In this document: piece by piece, positions 9,162 through 18,960 of the stretch | Layout: the number at the start of each line of letters is the position of its first letter | How positions within the stretch are numbered: the stretch's first letter is position 1 | Origin: an uncultured Acidimicrobiaceae bacterium | GTDB taxonomy: Bacteria > Actinomycetota > Acidimicrobiia > Acidimicrobiales > Bog-793 | DNA length: 64,000 nt | Direction: 5' to 3' | Assembly: GCA_963761425.1 (NCBI GenBank) | Contig: CAVXGQ010000005.1 | Span: 452,699 to 516,698, forward strand | Notes under the pieces: generated by a model | What the model saw: only the letters and a program-made list of their open reading frames with translations | Databases searched by the model: none | What the model was told of the DNA's origin: nothing | Translations under genes and position numbers: made by a program

Positions 9162-10674
9162 ATGGAAGGCGTGGCAGCCGACCGGGCGGTCGAGCGGATC
9201 GTCGACCGAGTCGGTGCGCTCGTCGAGCTGGGCGACCGTCACCGGATCACGGTCAGCGAGGTGGTCTTCGACGACCGTGAGGTGAGCGCCGGCTCGCTTT
9301 TTTGCTGTTTACCCGGCGCACGTCACGACGGACACGACTTCGCCGGCCTCGCCGCGGCAGGGGGAGCCGTGGCCTTCATCTGCGAGCACACGCTCGGTCC
9401 CGAGGTCGGCGATGCGCTCCAGCTCGTGGTGCCGCCAGGCACCGCGCGCATCGCCATGGCGAAGGCCGCGTGCGCCTTGTACGGGGATCCCGCCAGCCGC
9501 GCTCCACACGGTCGGGATCACCGGCACGAACGGCAAGACGACGACCACCTACCTGCTCCGGTCGATACTCGAGAAGGCGGGCTGGCCGACCGGGGTGGTC
9601 GGAACACTGGACGGGGCTCGCACGACGCCCGAGTCGCCCCACCTGCAACGGGCTCTGGCGCGCATCCGCGACGAGGGAATCGTCGCCGCCGTGATCGAGG
9701 TGACCTCGCACGCCCTGGTCCAGCACCGGGTGGACGGGATCCGGTTCGATGTAGCCGTGTTCACCAACCTGTCCCGCGACCACCTCGACTACCACGAGAC
9801 GCTCGAGGCGTACTTCGCGGCGAAAGCCAGGTTGTTCACCCCAGAGCGGGCTCGCTTCGCCGTCGTCAACCGTGACGACGAGTTCGGGCGCCGTCTGCTC
9901 GATCGTGCCGAGATCCCGACGGTGTCCTACTCGCTCGACGACGTTCGCGATCTGGAGCTGGGCCTGGCCGAGGCCAGTTTCCGCCTCGGCAAACGCTCGG
10001 TGCGCCTCAACCTGGGCGGCGAGTTCAACGTGTCGAACGCGCTCGCCGCCGCCGGCGCGGCGCGAGCCCTCGGTGTCGAACCCGATGCCATCGTGGAAGG
10101 GCTGGCCAGATTGGGGGGCATTCCGGGCCGATTCGAAGCCATCGAAGGGGCGGGTGGGGTGGTCGCCATCGTGGACTACGCCCACACGCCAGCCGGCCTC
10201 GAAGGATTGCTCACCGCGGTCCGGGCCGATCGCGACGCTCTCGACGTCCCGGACACTCCCGGGGTCATCGTGGTCTTCGGGTGTGGGGGAGACCGGGACC
10301 GCGGGAAACGACCGGTGATGGGGGAGGTCGCCTCTCGGCTCGCCGACGTCGTGGTGCTGACGACAGACAACCCCCGCAGCGAAGACCCGAAGACGATCAT
10401 CGAAGAGATCCGTGCCGGAATGTCCGGGCCGGCGCAGCTCGTCGTGGAGCCGAACCGGAGAACGGCGATCGCCGGCGCGCTCCGCGCCGCCCGGCCCGGT
10501 GATGTCGTCGTGGTGGCGGGCAAGGGTCATGAGACCACCCAGCAGTTTGCCGATGTCACCCTGCCGTTTGACGACCGGGAGGTCGTGCGGGCCGAGCTTG
10601 AATGGATCGAGCGCGCCACGCGGCGATCGTCGGGGAAACAAGGCAACCCGGAACCTCGGGAGTCGGCCCGATGA
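9162..10674 (+). CDS. murE: UDP-N-acetylmuramoyl-L-alanyl-D-glutamate--2,6-diaminopimelate ligase MurE (apparent +1 frameshift near 9500)
   Basis: The N-terminal domain (MEGVAADRA...AMAKAACALYGDPASR) is in frame 0. The remainder (LHTVGITGTNGKTTT ... TTDNPRSEDP DNPR motif) is in frame 1. An alternative GTG start at 9147 overlaps the ftsI stop. Confidence 0.85.
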
Positions 10675-11705
10675 TCCCGATCTTCATGGCCGGCACCATC
10701 GCCCTGCTCATTTCGGGCTTCGGCACGCCGATCCTGCTCCGCTCGCTGGCGAACCGACGCATCGGTCAACAGATCCGCGAAGAGGGCCCTGCCTTCCACA
10801 TCACGAAAGAGGGCACACCGACGATGGGCGGGATCGCCATCGTCGTTGCCGCGACCGCCGGGTACCTGCTCGGTCACGTCGACAACAACGCGCCGTTCAC
10901 CTGGGCTGGCGGATTCGTCATGCTCGCCCTGGCGCTCGCCGGGACCATCGGCTTCACCGACGACTGGCTGAAGGTGCGACGGCAGAGGAGCCTCGGGCTC
11001 AACAAGCGCGGGAAGCTGTTCTTGCAGCTCCTGGTCGGCGTCGGCTTCGCGCTCGCCGCCGAGTACTGGGCTCACGCCAGCACGGTGATCTCGTTTACTC
11101 GCGTCGAGGTTCCCGGCGTGCTGCTCGGCACGGCGTTGTGGGTGGTGTGGGCGACCTTCATCGTCACCGCTGGGGCGAACGCCGTGAACCTGACCGATGG
11201 TCTCGACGGACTGGCGGCGGGGTCGTCGGCCTTCACCTTCGCCGGCCTGACGCTCATCGGGTATTGGCAGTACCGCCACGTGCAGATCTATCACGTGCAC
11301 GCCGCGCTCGACCTCGCTCTGGTCGCGGTGTCGATGGCCGGGGCCTGTGTCGGCTTCCTGTGGTGGAATGCCGCCCCGGCGCGCGTCTTCATGGGGGACA
11401 CGGGGTCACTGGCGATCGGGACCGCTCTCGCCTGTCTGGCTATTGAGATGAACGTGCAGCTGTTGCTGCCCATCCTGGGCGGGTTGTTCGTGGTCGTCAC
11501 CTTGTCGGTCCTCATCCAGGTGGTCAGCTTCCGGGTCTTCCACACCCGGGTCTTCCGGATGGCGCCCATCCATCACCACTTCGAGCTGGCCGGGTGGCCG
11601 GAGACGACGGTGATCGTTCGGTTCTGGATCTTCTCCGCGCTCTGTACCGCGGTCGGATTGGGCATCTTCTACGCCGACTTCCTCGGCGTGAGGTCGCTGC
11701 TGTGA
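10671..11705 (+). CDS. mraY: Phospho-N-acetylmuramoyl-pentapeptide transferase MraY
   Basis: ATG at 10671 overlaps the murE TGA (ATGA). Polytopic membrane protein with NAVNLTDGLDGLA and GDTGSLAIG motifs. Confidence 0.92.
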   Translation: MIPIFMAGTIALLISGFGTPILLRSLANRRIGQQIREEGPAFHITKEGTPTMGGIAIVVAATAGYLLGHVDNNAPFTWAGGFVMLALALAGTIGFTDDWLKVRRQRSLGLNKRGKLFLQLLVGVGFALAAEYWAHASTVISFTRVEVPGVLLGTALWVVWATFIVTAGANAVNLTDGLDGLAAGSSAFTFAGLTLIGYWQYRHVQIYHVHAALDLALVAVSMAGACVGFLWWNAAPARVFMGDTGSLAIGTALACLAIEMNVQLLLPILGGLFVVVTLSVLIQVVSFRVFHTRVFRMAPIHHHFELAGWPETTVIVRFWIFSALCTAVGLGIFYADFLGVRSLL

Positions 11706-13084
11706 CCGGGCGCCCATCCGTGGGCCCCGGTCTCGTTGGCCCGGTGGCGGTCATCGGTTTTGCCGTCACCGGTCAGGCGGTGGCGCGGGTGCTGGTGGCA
11801 AGGGGGCTGGAGGTCGTGGCGGTCGAGGACGCGCCCAACGCGATCCACCAGGCGGCGGCGGAGGCACTCGGGGTCGAACTCGTCGCCGCGCCCGACGCGG
11901 GCCAGCTGGAGACCGTGGTCGGACGCTGCCGACTCGTCGTCGCCAGTCCCGGGGTGCCGCCGCGCCATCCGGTGTTCGGGCTCGCCCGGGCGGACCAACT
12001 GGTCTCGGAGATCGAGCTCGCCTATCGACTGTCGTCCATCCCCATCGTGGCGGTGACCGGGACGAACGGCAAGACGACGGTCACCGCGCTCGTCACGGCG
12101 ATGCTGGTCGCCTCGGGGGTGCGGGCCGAGGTCTCCGGGAACATTGGCCAGCCCCTCATCTCGACGGTGACGAGGAGCGACGTCGACCTGGCGGTGGCGG
12201 AGGTCTCGTCTTTCCAGCTCGCACTGGTCTCGTCGTTCCGTGCCCACGTCGGGACCTGGCTGAACCTCGCCGAGAACCACCTCGACTGGCACCGCTCCTT
12301 CGGCGATTACGTGGCCGCCAAAGCCCGGATCTGGGCGAACCAGACGGCTGACGACGTGGCGGTGGCGAACAGCGACGACCCGGTGGTGGCGGTGGCGGCG
12401 CAACGGTCGCGGGCCCGGGTGGTGACGTTCGGACGAACCGGCAGTGGGTACCGCCTGGTCGGTGCGCGGTTCCTCGACCCGGAAGGAGAGCTCCTCGCCA
12501 CCAGCCGGGATCTCGTCCGGGACCTACCCCACGACCGCCTGAACGCGCTCGGAGCCCTGGCGACGGCGCGGGAGGCAGGCGCCTCGCGCGCCGGGTGCCA
12601 AGTCGCGCTACGGACCACGGCACCGCCGATCCACCGTTTGACCCACGTGGCGACGATCGACGGTGTCGCCTACTACGACGATTCCAAGGCGACGACGCCG
12701 GCGGCGGTGGTCGCCGCGCTGGAAGGCTTCTCGTCGGCGGTGCTCATCCTGGGCGGACGCAACAAGGGCCTGGATCTCTCGACGATCCGGCGGGCGGTGG
12801 AGGGCTCCCCGGGTCTCGTCGTGCGTGGTGTGGTGGCCATCGGCGAAGCGGCGGACGCGGTCGTCGCCGCCTTCCGGCCCGATCGTGAGGTCGTGGTAGC
12901 CGGGTCGATGGGCGAGGCGGTCACGGCCGCGGCCGGCATGGCGAGCCCCGGTGACGCCGTCCTGCTCTCCCCAGGTTGCGCCTCGTTCGACTGGTACGCG
13001 TCCTACGAGGCACGTGGCGACGACTTCGCCGCAACCGTCCATGAGCTGGCGTCGCGCCGCGTGAGCCCGCGAACGGGGGTCTGA
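11702..13084 (+). CDS. murD: UDP-N-acetylmuramoylalanine--D-glutamate ligase MurD
   Basis: GTG at 11702 overlaps the mraY stop. VTGTNGKTTV P-loop and Mur ligase central/C-terminal domains. Confidence 0.9.
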   Translation: MTGRPSVGPGLVGPVAVIGFAVTGQAVARVLVARGLEVVAVEDAPNAIHQAAAEALGVELVAAPDAGQLETVVGRCRLVVASPGVPPRHPVFGLARADQLVSEIELAYRLSSIPIVAVTGTNGKTTVTALVTAMLVASGVRAEVSGNIGQPLISTVTRSDVDLAVAEVSSFQLALVSSFRAHVGTWLNLAENHLDWHRSFGDYVAAKARIWANQTADDVAVANSDDPVVAVAAQRSRARVVTFGRTGSGYRLVGARFLDPEGELLATSRDLVRDLPHDRLNALGALATAREAGASRAGCQVALRTTAPPIHRLTHVATIDGVAYYDDSKATTPAAVVAALEGFSSAVLILGGRNKGLDLSTIRRAVEGSPGLVVRGVVAIGEAADAVVAAFRPDREVVVAGSMGEAVTAAAGMASPGDAVLLSPGCASFDWYASYEARGDDFAATVHELASRRVSPRTGV

Positions 13085-13086
13085 CC

Positions 13087-14412
13087 ATGGCGACCGGTCT
13101 CCTGGAGCGCCGCGCCACGAGCCCGCCGGGGCGACGTGGCGAGCGGGAGGTCACGAGGCTGCATCTCGTCGGCGATATCTCCGCGGTCCGGGGCCAACGG
13201 CGCGAGCAGGCCAACGAGGACAAGACGACACCTCGCCCCTCCGAGGCGGTTTCCACCGTCGTCGCCGCCCGCCGTGACGCGGTGGCGCTCACCCTGCTGG
13301 TCGTCGGCTTCTGCCTCTTTGGTCTCGTCATGGTGCTTTCGTCTTCCTCGGTCGTGTCCGTCGTGAACTATGGGTCACCGTGGTCGGTCGTCGAGCATCA
13401 GGGGGCGTGGATGGCTATCGGCGCGTTGGTGTTCGTGATCGCGGCGCGCCTCGACCTCCGGTTCTGGCGGCGACTCGCGGTGCCCTTCCTCCTTGGCACG
13501 CTGGTGCTGCTCGTCGCGGTGCTGGTGCACGGGATCGGCACCGTCACCGCGGGCTCGAGTCGATGGATCGACCTCGGGCCGTTGCGCTTCCAACCGTCTG
13601 AGTTGGCGAAGCTCGCGGTGGTCTTGTTCGTCGCCGATCTCGTGGCCCGCCGCACGACCCGGGCGGGTCTGCGCCCCGACGCGGTGCGCCCGGTGGTCAT
13701 CGTGCTGGCAGTGTTCGGGATTCTCATCGTGAACCAGCCGGACCTCGGCACGACGGCGGTCATCGCCCTGATCGGCGCGGTGCTGCTCTACGCCGCGGGG
13801 ACGCCCCATCGCAAGATCATCGCCATCGGGGGGCTGTTCGCCGTGTTGGGTGGCGTGTTCCTCCTCCTCAAGCCCTACGGACGGGCGCGGCTGGACACCT
13901 TCTGGAACCCGTTCGCCCACGCCTCGACGACCGGGTACCAGGTCGTGCAGTCCCTCGTGACCCTGGGCTCCGGGCACCTGTTCGGAACCGGACTCGGGGG
14001 ATCGCCGTCAGCGTGGGGCTTGTTGCCGAACGCGAACACCGACTTCATCTTCGCGATGATCGGCAACAATTTCGGGCTCATCGGGGCGGTCGGCGTGCTC
14101 TGCGGATTCGTGGCGATCGGTTGGCTGGGCATGCGAATCGCGCGACGCACCGAGGACCGGTTCGCGTCATTGGTCGCGATCGGCGTCACCGCCTGGATCG
14201 TGTGCCAGGCGCTGATCAACATCGGAGGGGTCGTCGGCGCTCTGCCCGAGACGGGAATCCCCTTGCCCTTCCTGTCCTCGGGAGGCTCGTCGCTCGTCAT
14301 CTTGTTGGCAGCGACCGGGCTGCTGGTGCGTATTGCCCGCCATCCGGGGGCTCAGACGGGCGCCTCCGTGGTCGTGCCACGCGAGCGCCCAGGCGCTCGA
14401 ATGGGGCGGTGA
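13087..14412 (+). CDS. ftsW: SEDS-family lipid II flippase/peptidoglycan polymerase FtsW
   Basis: 441 aa with about 10 TM helices. FtsW/RodA/SpoVE signatures (QPSELAKL, NTDFIFA, GIPLPFLSSGGSS). dcw position. Confidence 0.9.
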   Translation: MATGLLERRATSPPGRRGEREVTRLHLVGDISAVRGQRREQANEDKTTPRPSEAVSTVVAARRDAVALTLLVVGFCLFGLVMVLSSSSVVSVVNYGSPWSVVEHQGAWMAIGALVFVIAARLDLRFWRRLAVPFLLGTLVLLVAVLVHGIGTVTAGSSRWIDLGPLRFQPSELAKLAVVLFVADLVARRTTRAGLRPDAVRPVVIVLAVFGILIVNQPDLGTTAVIALIGAVLLYAAGTPHRKIIAIGGLFAVLGGVFLLLKPYGRARLDTFWNPFAHASTTGYQVVQSLVTLGSGHLFGTGLGGSPSAWGLLPNANTDFIFAMIGNNFGLIGAVGVLCGFVAIGWLGMRIARRTEDRFASLVAIGVTAWIVCQALINIGGVVGALPETGIPLPFLSSGGSSLVILLAATGLLVRIARHPGAQTGASVVVPRERPGARMGR

Positions 14413-15599
14413 CGACGACCCGGCCGGAGGTGATCGTCACCGGAGGGGGCACCGCGGGACACGTCCTGCCGGCCATCGCGCTCGCCCGGGCCTTGGTCGC
14501 GGCGGGTCACGAACCTTCGGCGATCCAGTTCGTCGGGTCGCGTCGCGGGATGGAACGGCGTCTCGTGCCGGAGGCGGGGTTCCCACTTTTGCTCCTGCCC
14601 GGGCGCGGTCTGGTGCGGCGCCCGAGTCTGCGCAATCTGGCGGCGATCGCCGGGATCACGGTCGGCTTCGTCCTTTCGTTGGGGCGGCTGGCGCGACACC
14701 GTCCCCGCGTGGTGGTCGCCGTCGGGGGATACGGGGCGGTCGCCTGTTCGCTGGCGGCCGTGGCATGGCGCATACCGGTGGTGGTGGTCAACGTGGATTC
14801 GGTCCCGGGTGCCGCCAACCGGTTGATCGGCCGTTTCGCCAGGGCCTGCGCGGTGGCTTCCCCGGGGACGAAGCTGCCGCGGGCGGTCCTCACCGGAGCC
14901 CCGGTGCGCCCCGAGGTGTTGGCGGTCGACCGGTCCGCGGCGGGACGGGCCCGTTCCCGGCGTGCACTCGCCGTTGCCGGTGATGATCCGCTGGTCGGGG
15001 TGGTCGGCGGTTCGCTCGGTGCCCGGCGCCTCAACGCCGCGGCGGTGGATCTGGCGACCCGGCTGTCGGGCCGGGGAGGTGTCGTCATCTATCACGTCTG
15101 CGGGGCGCGGGCGTTCGACGAGATGACCGACGCCGTCGCGGCGGCGGGACTTTTCGACCGGGTGGGTCTCGAGTACCGGCTCGTCGGCTACGAGGACCGC
15201 CTGGCCGATCTTTTTGCCGCCGCCGATCTGGTGGTGTGCCGCGCCGGCGCCTCGACGGTGGCCGAACTGGCGGTGATCGGCACACCCAGCATCCTGGTAC
15301 CGCTTCCCGGCGCACCGTCCGACCACCAGAGGCGGAACGCGGAAGGCCTGCGCGAAGCGGGTGCGACGGTGCTTCTCGCCGACGACGAGGCGACCGGGGA
15401 GCGCTTGTTCTCGGAGGTGTCGGCGCTCCTTTCTGACCCCGGAAGGCTGGCGGCCATGGGTGAGGCGGCTCGCTCCGTCGGCCGGCCGGACGCGGCCGGG
15501 GCCGCCGCCGCGCTGGTGGAGGAGGTGGCGGCCCGAGGCAAGACCTGGGCAGAGGAGATCCCCCTGGCGGTCCGCCCGGGCACCCGGGAGGGTCGGTGA
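14409..15599 (+). CDS. murG: UDP-N-acetylglucosamine--N-acetylmuramyl-(pentapeptide) pyrophosphoryl-undecaprenol GlcNAc transferase MurG
   Basis: GTG at 14409 overlaps the ftsW stop. VTGGGTAGHVLPA and GASTVAEL..G.PSILVP motifs. Confidence 0.9.
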   Translation: MTTTRPEVIVTGGGTAGHVLPAIALARALVAAGHEPSAIQFVGSRRGMERRLVPEAGFPLLLLPGRGLVRRPSLRNLAAIAGITVGFVLSLGRLARHRPRVVVAVGGYGAVACSLAAVAWRIPVVVVNVDSVPGAANRLIGRFARACAVASPGTKLPRAVLTGAPVRPEVLAVDRSAAGRARSRRALAVAGDDPLVGVVGGSLGARRLNAAAVDLATRLSGRGGVVIYHVCGARAFDEMTDAVAAAGLFDRVGLEYRLVGYEDRLADLFAAADLVVCRAGASTVAELAVIGTPSILVPLPGAPSDHQRRNAEGLREAGATVLLADDEATGERLFSEVSALLSDPGRLAAMGEAARSVGRPDAAGAAAALVEEVAARGKTWAEEIPLAVRPGTREGR

Positions 15600-16963
15600 G
15601 CGAGCCGGATCTCAGTCGTCGCCGGCGGGTGCACATCGTCGGGCTGGGCGGGGCCGGGATGAGCGCCATCGCCACGGTGCTCGTCGCCATGGGCCATGAG
15701 GTGAGCGGCAGCGATCTCAAAGACAGCGTGGCGCTGGAGCGGCTGCGGGCCCTCGGCGTCCAGGTGGCCATCGGGCACGACGAGGCGAACCTCGATGCGG
15801 CGGAGTTCGTGGCGACCTCGAGTGCGGTTCCCGGGGGGAACGTCGAGGTGGTCGGGGCGCGCCGGGGCGGGATTCCGGTGCATCGGCGCGCCGAGCTGCT
15901 CAGCGCGATCAGCCGGCTACGAAGGACGATTGCCGTGTCCGGCACCCACGGGAAGACGACGACGAGCTCGATGCTGGCGCTGATCCTGGTCGAAGCCGGC
16001 CTGTCGCCGTCGTTCATCATCGGCGGGGAGATCAACGAGATCGGCTCGGGGGCGGTCTGGGACGACGGCGAGTGGCTGGTCGTCGAGGCCGACGAGAGCG
16101 ACGGGACCTTCCTCGAGCTGCGCCGCGAGATTGCCGTGGTGACGAGCATCGAGCCCGATCATCTCGAACATTACGGGTCCTTCGAGAGTCTGAAGTCCGC
16201 CTTCGGGCGCTTCCTCGCCGCGGCGTCGGTCGCCGTCGTCTGCCGCGATTACCCGACCGCCGCCGCGCTCGCCCCTCCCGGCGCCACGACCTACGGCTTC
16301 GCCGACGGGGCGACCTGGCAGTTGACGGAGTTCTCCGGCGGTCGCTCGGACGTGCGCTTCGTGCTGCGCGCCAACACCGGAGCCGTGACGGATCTCTCCC
16401 TGCCGGTCCCGGGGCGTCACAACGCCCTCAACGCCGCCGGAGCGGTGGTGGCCGCCGTGGCGGTGGGGGCCGACCTCGAGGCGGCCCGGCGGGCGCTCGC
16501 GCGCTTCGGGGGTGTGGCGCGTCGCTTCGAGTTCCGCGGCGAGGCGAACGGCGCCACCTTGGTGGACGACTACGCCCACCTGCCCGGCGAGGTCGAGGCC
16601 GCGCTGGCGACAGCGCGGCGCGGCGGCTGGCGCCGTGTCGTCTGCGTCTTTCAACCGCACCGCTACTCGCGCATCGCGGCGCTGGCTGGCGATTTCGCCG
16701 ACTCGTTCACCAAAGCCGACGAGGTCATCGTCACCGACGTCTACGGCGCGGGGGAAACGCCCCGCCCCGGGGTGAGCGGGAAGCTCGTCGTTGACGCGAT
16801 CCTCTCGGCGCACCCCGAGGCCGCGGTCACCTACCTTCCCCATCGGGCGGACCTGGTGGGGTACCTGCGCCGGACACTGGGTCCCGGCGACTGCTGCCTC
16901 ACGCTCGGCGCCGGCGACCTGACCAGTCTCGCCGCCGATCTGTTGCGAAACCCCGAGGGCTAG
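15596..16963 (+). CDS. murC: UDP-N-acetylmuramate--L-alanine ligase MurC
   Basis: 455 aa. HIVGLGGAGMSAIA and GTHGKTTTSSM motifs. GTGA overlap with murG. Confidence 0.92.
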   Translation: MSEPDLSRRRRVHIVGLGGAGMSAIATVLVAMGHEVSGSDLKDSVALERLRALGVQVAIGHDEANLDAAEFVATSSAVPGGNVEVVGARRGGIPVHRRAELLSAISRLRRTIAVSGTHGKTTTSSMLALILVEAGLSPSFIIGGEINEIGSGAVWDDGEWLVVEADESDGTFLELRREIAVVTSIEPDHLEHYGSFESLKSAFGRFLAAASVAVVCRDYPTAAALAPPGATTYGFADGATWQLTEFSGGRSDVRFVLRANTGAVTDLSLPVPGRHNALNAAGAVVAAVAVGADLEAARRALARFGGVARRFEFRGEANGATLVDDYAHLPGEVEAALATARRGGWRRVVCVFQPHRYSRIAALAGDFADSFTKADEVIVTDVYGAGETPRPGVSGKLVVDAILSAHPEAAVTYLPHRADLVGYLRRTLGPGDCCLTLGAGDLTSLAADLLRNPEG

Positions 16964-16982
16964 ACCGAGGGCGGCGGGATCG

Positions 16983-17912
16983 GTGACCGAACCTTTGGCT
17001 GGGCGGCAGGAGGCGGTGGAGCTGGCCGCGGCGCGACTCGGAGGGCTCGCGGCGCGCGACGCCCCCCTCGGGGCCCGCACCACCTATCGCCTCGGCGGGC
17101 CGGCAGCCTTGCTCGCGGTGGTGAACGACGCGGCCGACCTCGACCGGGTCGTCGACGCCGTCGCCGAGAGTGGCATCGAGCTCCTCATCGTCGGTCGGGG
17201 GTCGAATCTGCTGGTCGCCGAGGCGGGGTTTCCGGGACTGTGCGTCGTACTCGGTCGCGGCTACGAAACCGTCGTCATCGGTCATGACCGCACCGTGGAG
17301 GCGGGGGGTGCCTTCGCCTATCCGGCACTGGCCCGGGCGACGGCCGAGGCGGGGCTGTCCGGGATGGAGTGGGCGGTCGGCATCCCGGGGTCGGTCGGGG
17401 GCGGCGTCCGCATGAACGCCGGCGGCCACGGGGCCCAGACCGCCGACCGTCTGGTCGAGGCCCGTCTCGTCGATCTGCGGACGGGAGCCGCACGCACCGT
17501 CCCCCCGGGTGCTCTCGCGCTTTCCTACCGGCACTCCGGGGTGACCCCGGACGAGGTGGTGGTCTCGGCGAGCTTCGCCCTGGAGGGCGGCGACCGTGCC
17601 TCGTCGATGGCGGCGATCGCCGAGATCGTCGCCTGGCGGCGGGAGAACCAACCCGGAGGGCGGAACGCCGGGTCGATCTTCCAGAACCCCCCGGGCGACT
17701 CGGCGGGACGGCTGATCGAACAGGCGGGTTTGAAAGACCGTCGCGTCGGTCGAGCCCGGGTGTCGGCGCGCCATGCGAACTTCATCCAGGCGGACCCGGG
17801 CGCCACGGCCGACGAGGTCTATGCGTTGATCGGTGAGGTGCGTCGGCTGGTCGCCGAACGGTGTGGTGTCGAGTTGGCCACTGAGATCTGCTTGGTCGGT
17901 TTCCAGTCGTGA
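16983..17912 (+). CDS. murB: UDP-N-acetylenolpyruvoylglucosamine reductase MurB
   Basis: 309 aa. FAD-binding PCMH domain (GRGSNLLV) and GSIFQNP..AGRLIE motifs. Confidence 0.9.
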   Translation: MTEPLAGRQEAVELAAARLGGLAARDAPLGARTTYRLGGPAALLAVVNDAADLDRVVDAVAESGIELLIVGRGSNLLVAEAGFPGLCVVLGRGYETVVIGHDRTVEAGGAFAYPALARATAEAGLSGMEWAVGIPGSVGGGVRMNAGGHGAQTADRLVEARLVDLRTGAARTVPPGALALSYRHSGVTPDEVVVSASFALEGGDRASSMAAIAEIVAWRRENQPGGRNAGSIFQNPPGDSAGRLIEQAGLKDRRVGRARVSARHANFIQADPGATADEVYALIGEVRRLVAERCGVELATEICLVGFQS

Positions 17913-18742
17913 GGGCCGCGCCACCTCCGCCGGCGGGTCCGAACCGGCGGCCGGTCGGCAAGGCCGGCCGTCGTGGTGAGGGGGCCGGTTCGGCGCGGGC
18001 CGACGAGCGCATGATGGCGCGGCGTCGCGTCGTGACGCGGCAAGCGGGTCGCCGACGGCTGCGGATCGTCGTAATCGCCGCCTGTCTCGCACTGCTGGCC
18101 GCGGGCTTGTTCGGGCTGGCGCATTCGCCGCTCATCTCGGCGCGCTCGGTGACGATCACCGGGGCGGAGCACACCACGCGGGCCGAGATCCTGGCGGTGA
18201 GCGGGCTGGGTCACGATCCGCCCCTCGTCGACATCAATTCTCTGGCCGCCGCCCACGCCATCGAGCGGCTGCCCTGGATCAAGACCGCCTCGGTGCGCGT
18301 GTCGTTCCCCTCCAGTGTGCGGGTCCTCGTCACCGAACGAAGGCCGGTTGCGGTGGTGCCGCTCCGTTCGGGGGGCGTGGCGCTGGTCGACGTGACCGGT
18401 CGCGTGCTCGCCGACTCATCTAGACGGCCGACCGGGATGATCTCGCTCCGGGGTTTGGCCGGGCTGCCCGGGCCGGGGGGCGTGGTCCGGGGTGCCGACG
18501 GCCTCCTTTCCACGGCCGCGGCGCTGCCGGCGGACCTGGTGTCCCGGATCGCGGCGCTCCGGCTGCAACCCGGCCTCGGGATCGTCGCCGACCTGCACCT
18601 GGGCCCCCGGGTGATCCTGGGATCGACGGCCGACCTGTCAGCAAAACTCGTCGCTCTTGCGACGATCGTTTCCGAGGTTTCCCTGAAAGGTATGGCCACC
18701 ATCGACCTGCGAGCACCGTCTGATCCGGTCTTGACCCCATGA
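17909..18742 (+). CDS. ftsQ: Cell division protein FtsQ/DivIB (POTRA domain)
   Basis: 277 aa. Basic N-terminus, one TM (IVVIAACLALLAAGLFGL), then POTRA-like VTITGAEHTTRAEI. Sits between murB and ftsZ. Start may lie downstream (MMARRR). Confidence 0.75.
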   Translation: MRAAPPPPAGPNRRPVGKAGRRGEGAGSARADERMMARRRVVTRQAGRRRLRIVVIAACLALLAAGLFGLAHSPLISARSVTITGAEHTTRAEILAVSGLGHDPPLVDINSLAAAHAIERLPWIKTASVRVSFPSSVRVLVTERRPVAVVPLRSGGVALVDVTGRVLADSSRRPTGMISLRGLAGLPGPGGVVRGADGLLSTAAALPADLVSRIAALRLQPGLGIVADLHLGPRVILGSTADLSAKLVALATIVSEVSLKGMATIDLRAPSDPVLTP

Positions 18743-18898
18743 GGCGTCAGTCCTATGGTCGGCCTGGCTCTCGCAGGCCTGAGACGCTCCAGCCGTCTGC
18801 TGTGGAGTCTGGAGGTGGTCGACTGGGGGCGGCGACGACCAACCGGTCGTCGAGGAATTGGTTGGGGGACCACAGACGGCGGGACTCGGGACCTCTGG

Positions 18899-18931
18899 GT
18901 CGTCGCCGGGGGTAGCACCTCCGGCGACGAC
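18899..18931 (+). promoter_or_regulatory. Long perfect stem-loop in the ftsZ leader (11-bp inverted repeat)
   Basis: gtcgtcgccgg (18899-18909) is the exact reverse complement of ccggcgacgac (18921-18931). It lies 30 nt before the ftsZ ATG, just upstream of RBS GGAGGAAGG. Confidence 0.4.
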
Positions 18932-18960
18932 GTGGTTCTTGGAGGAAGGCAGCGTCACAG

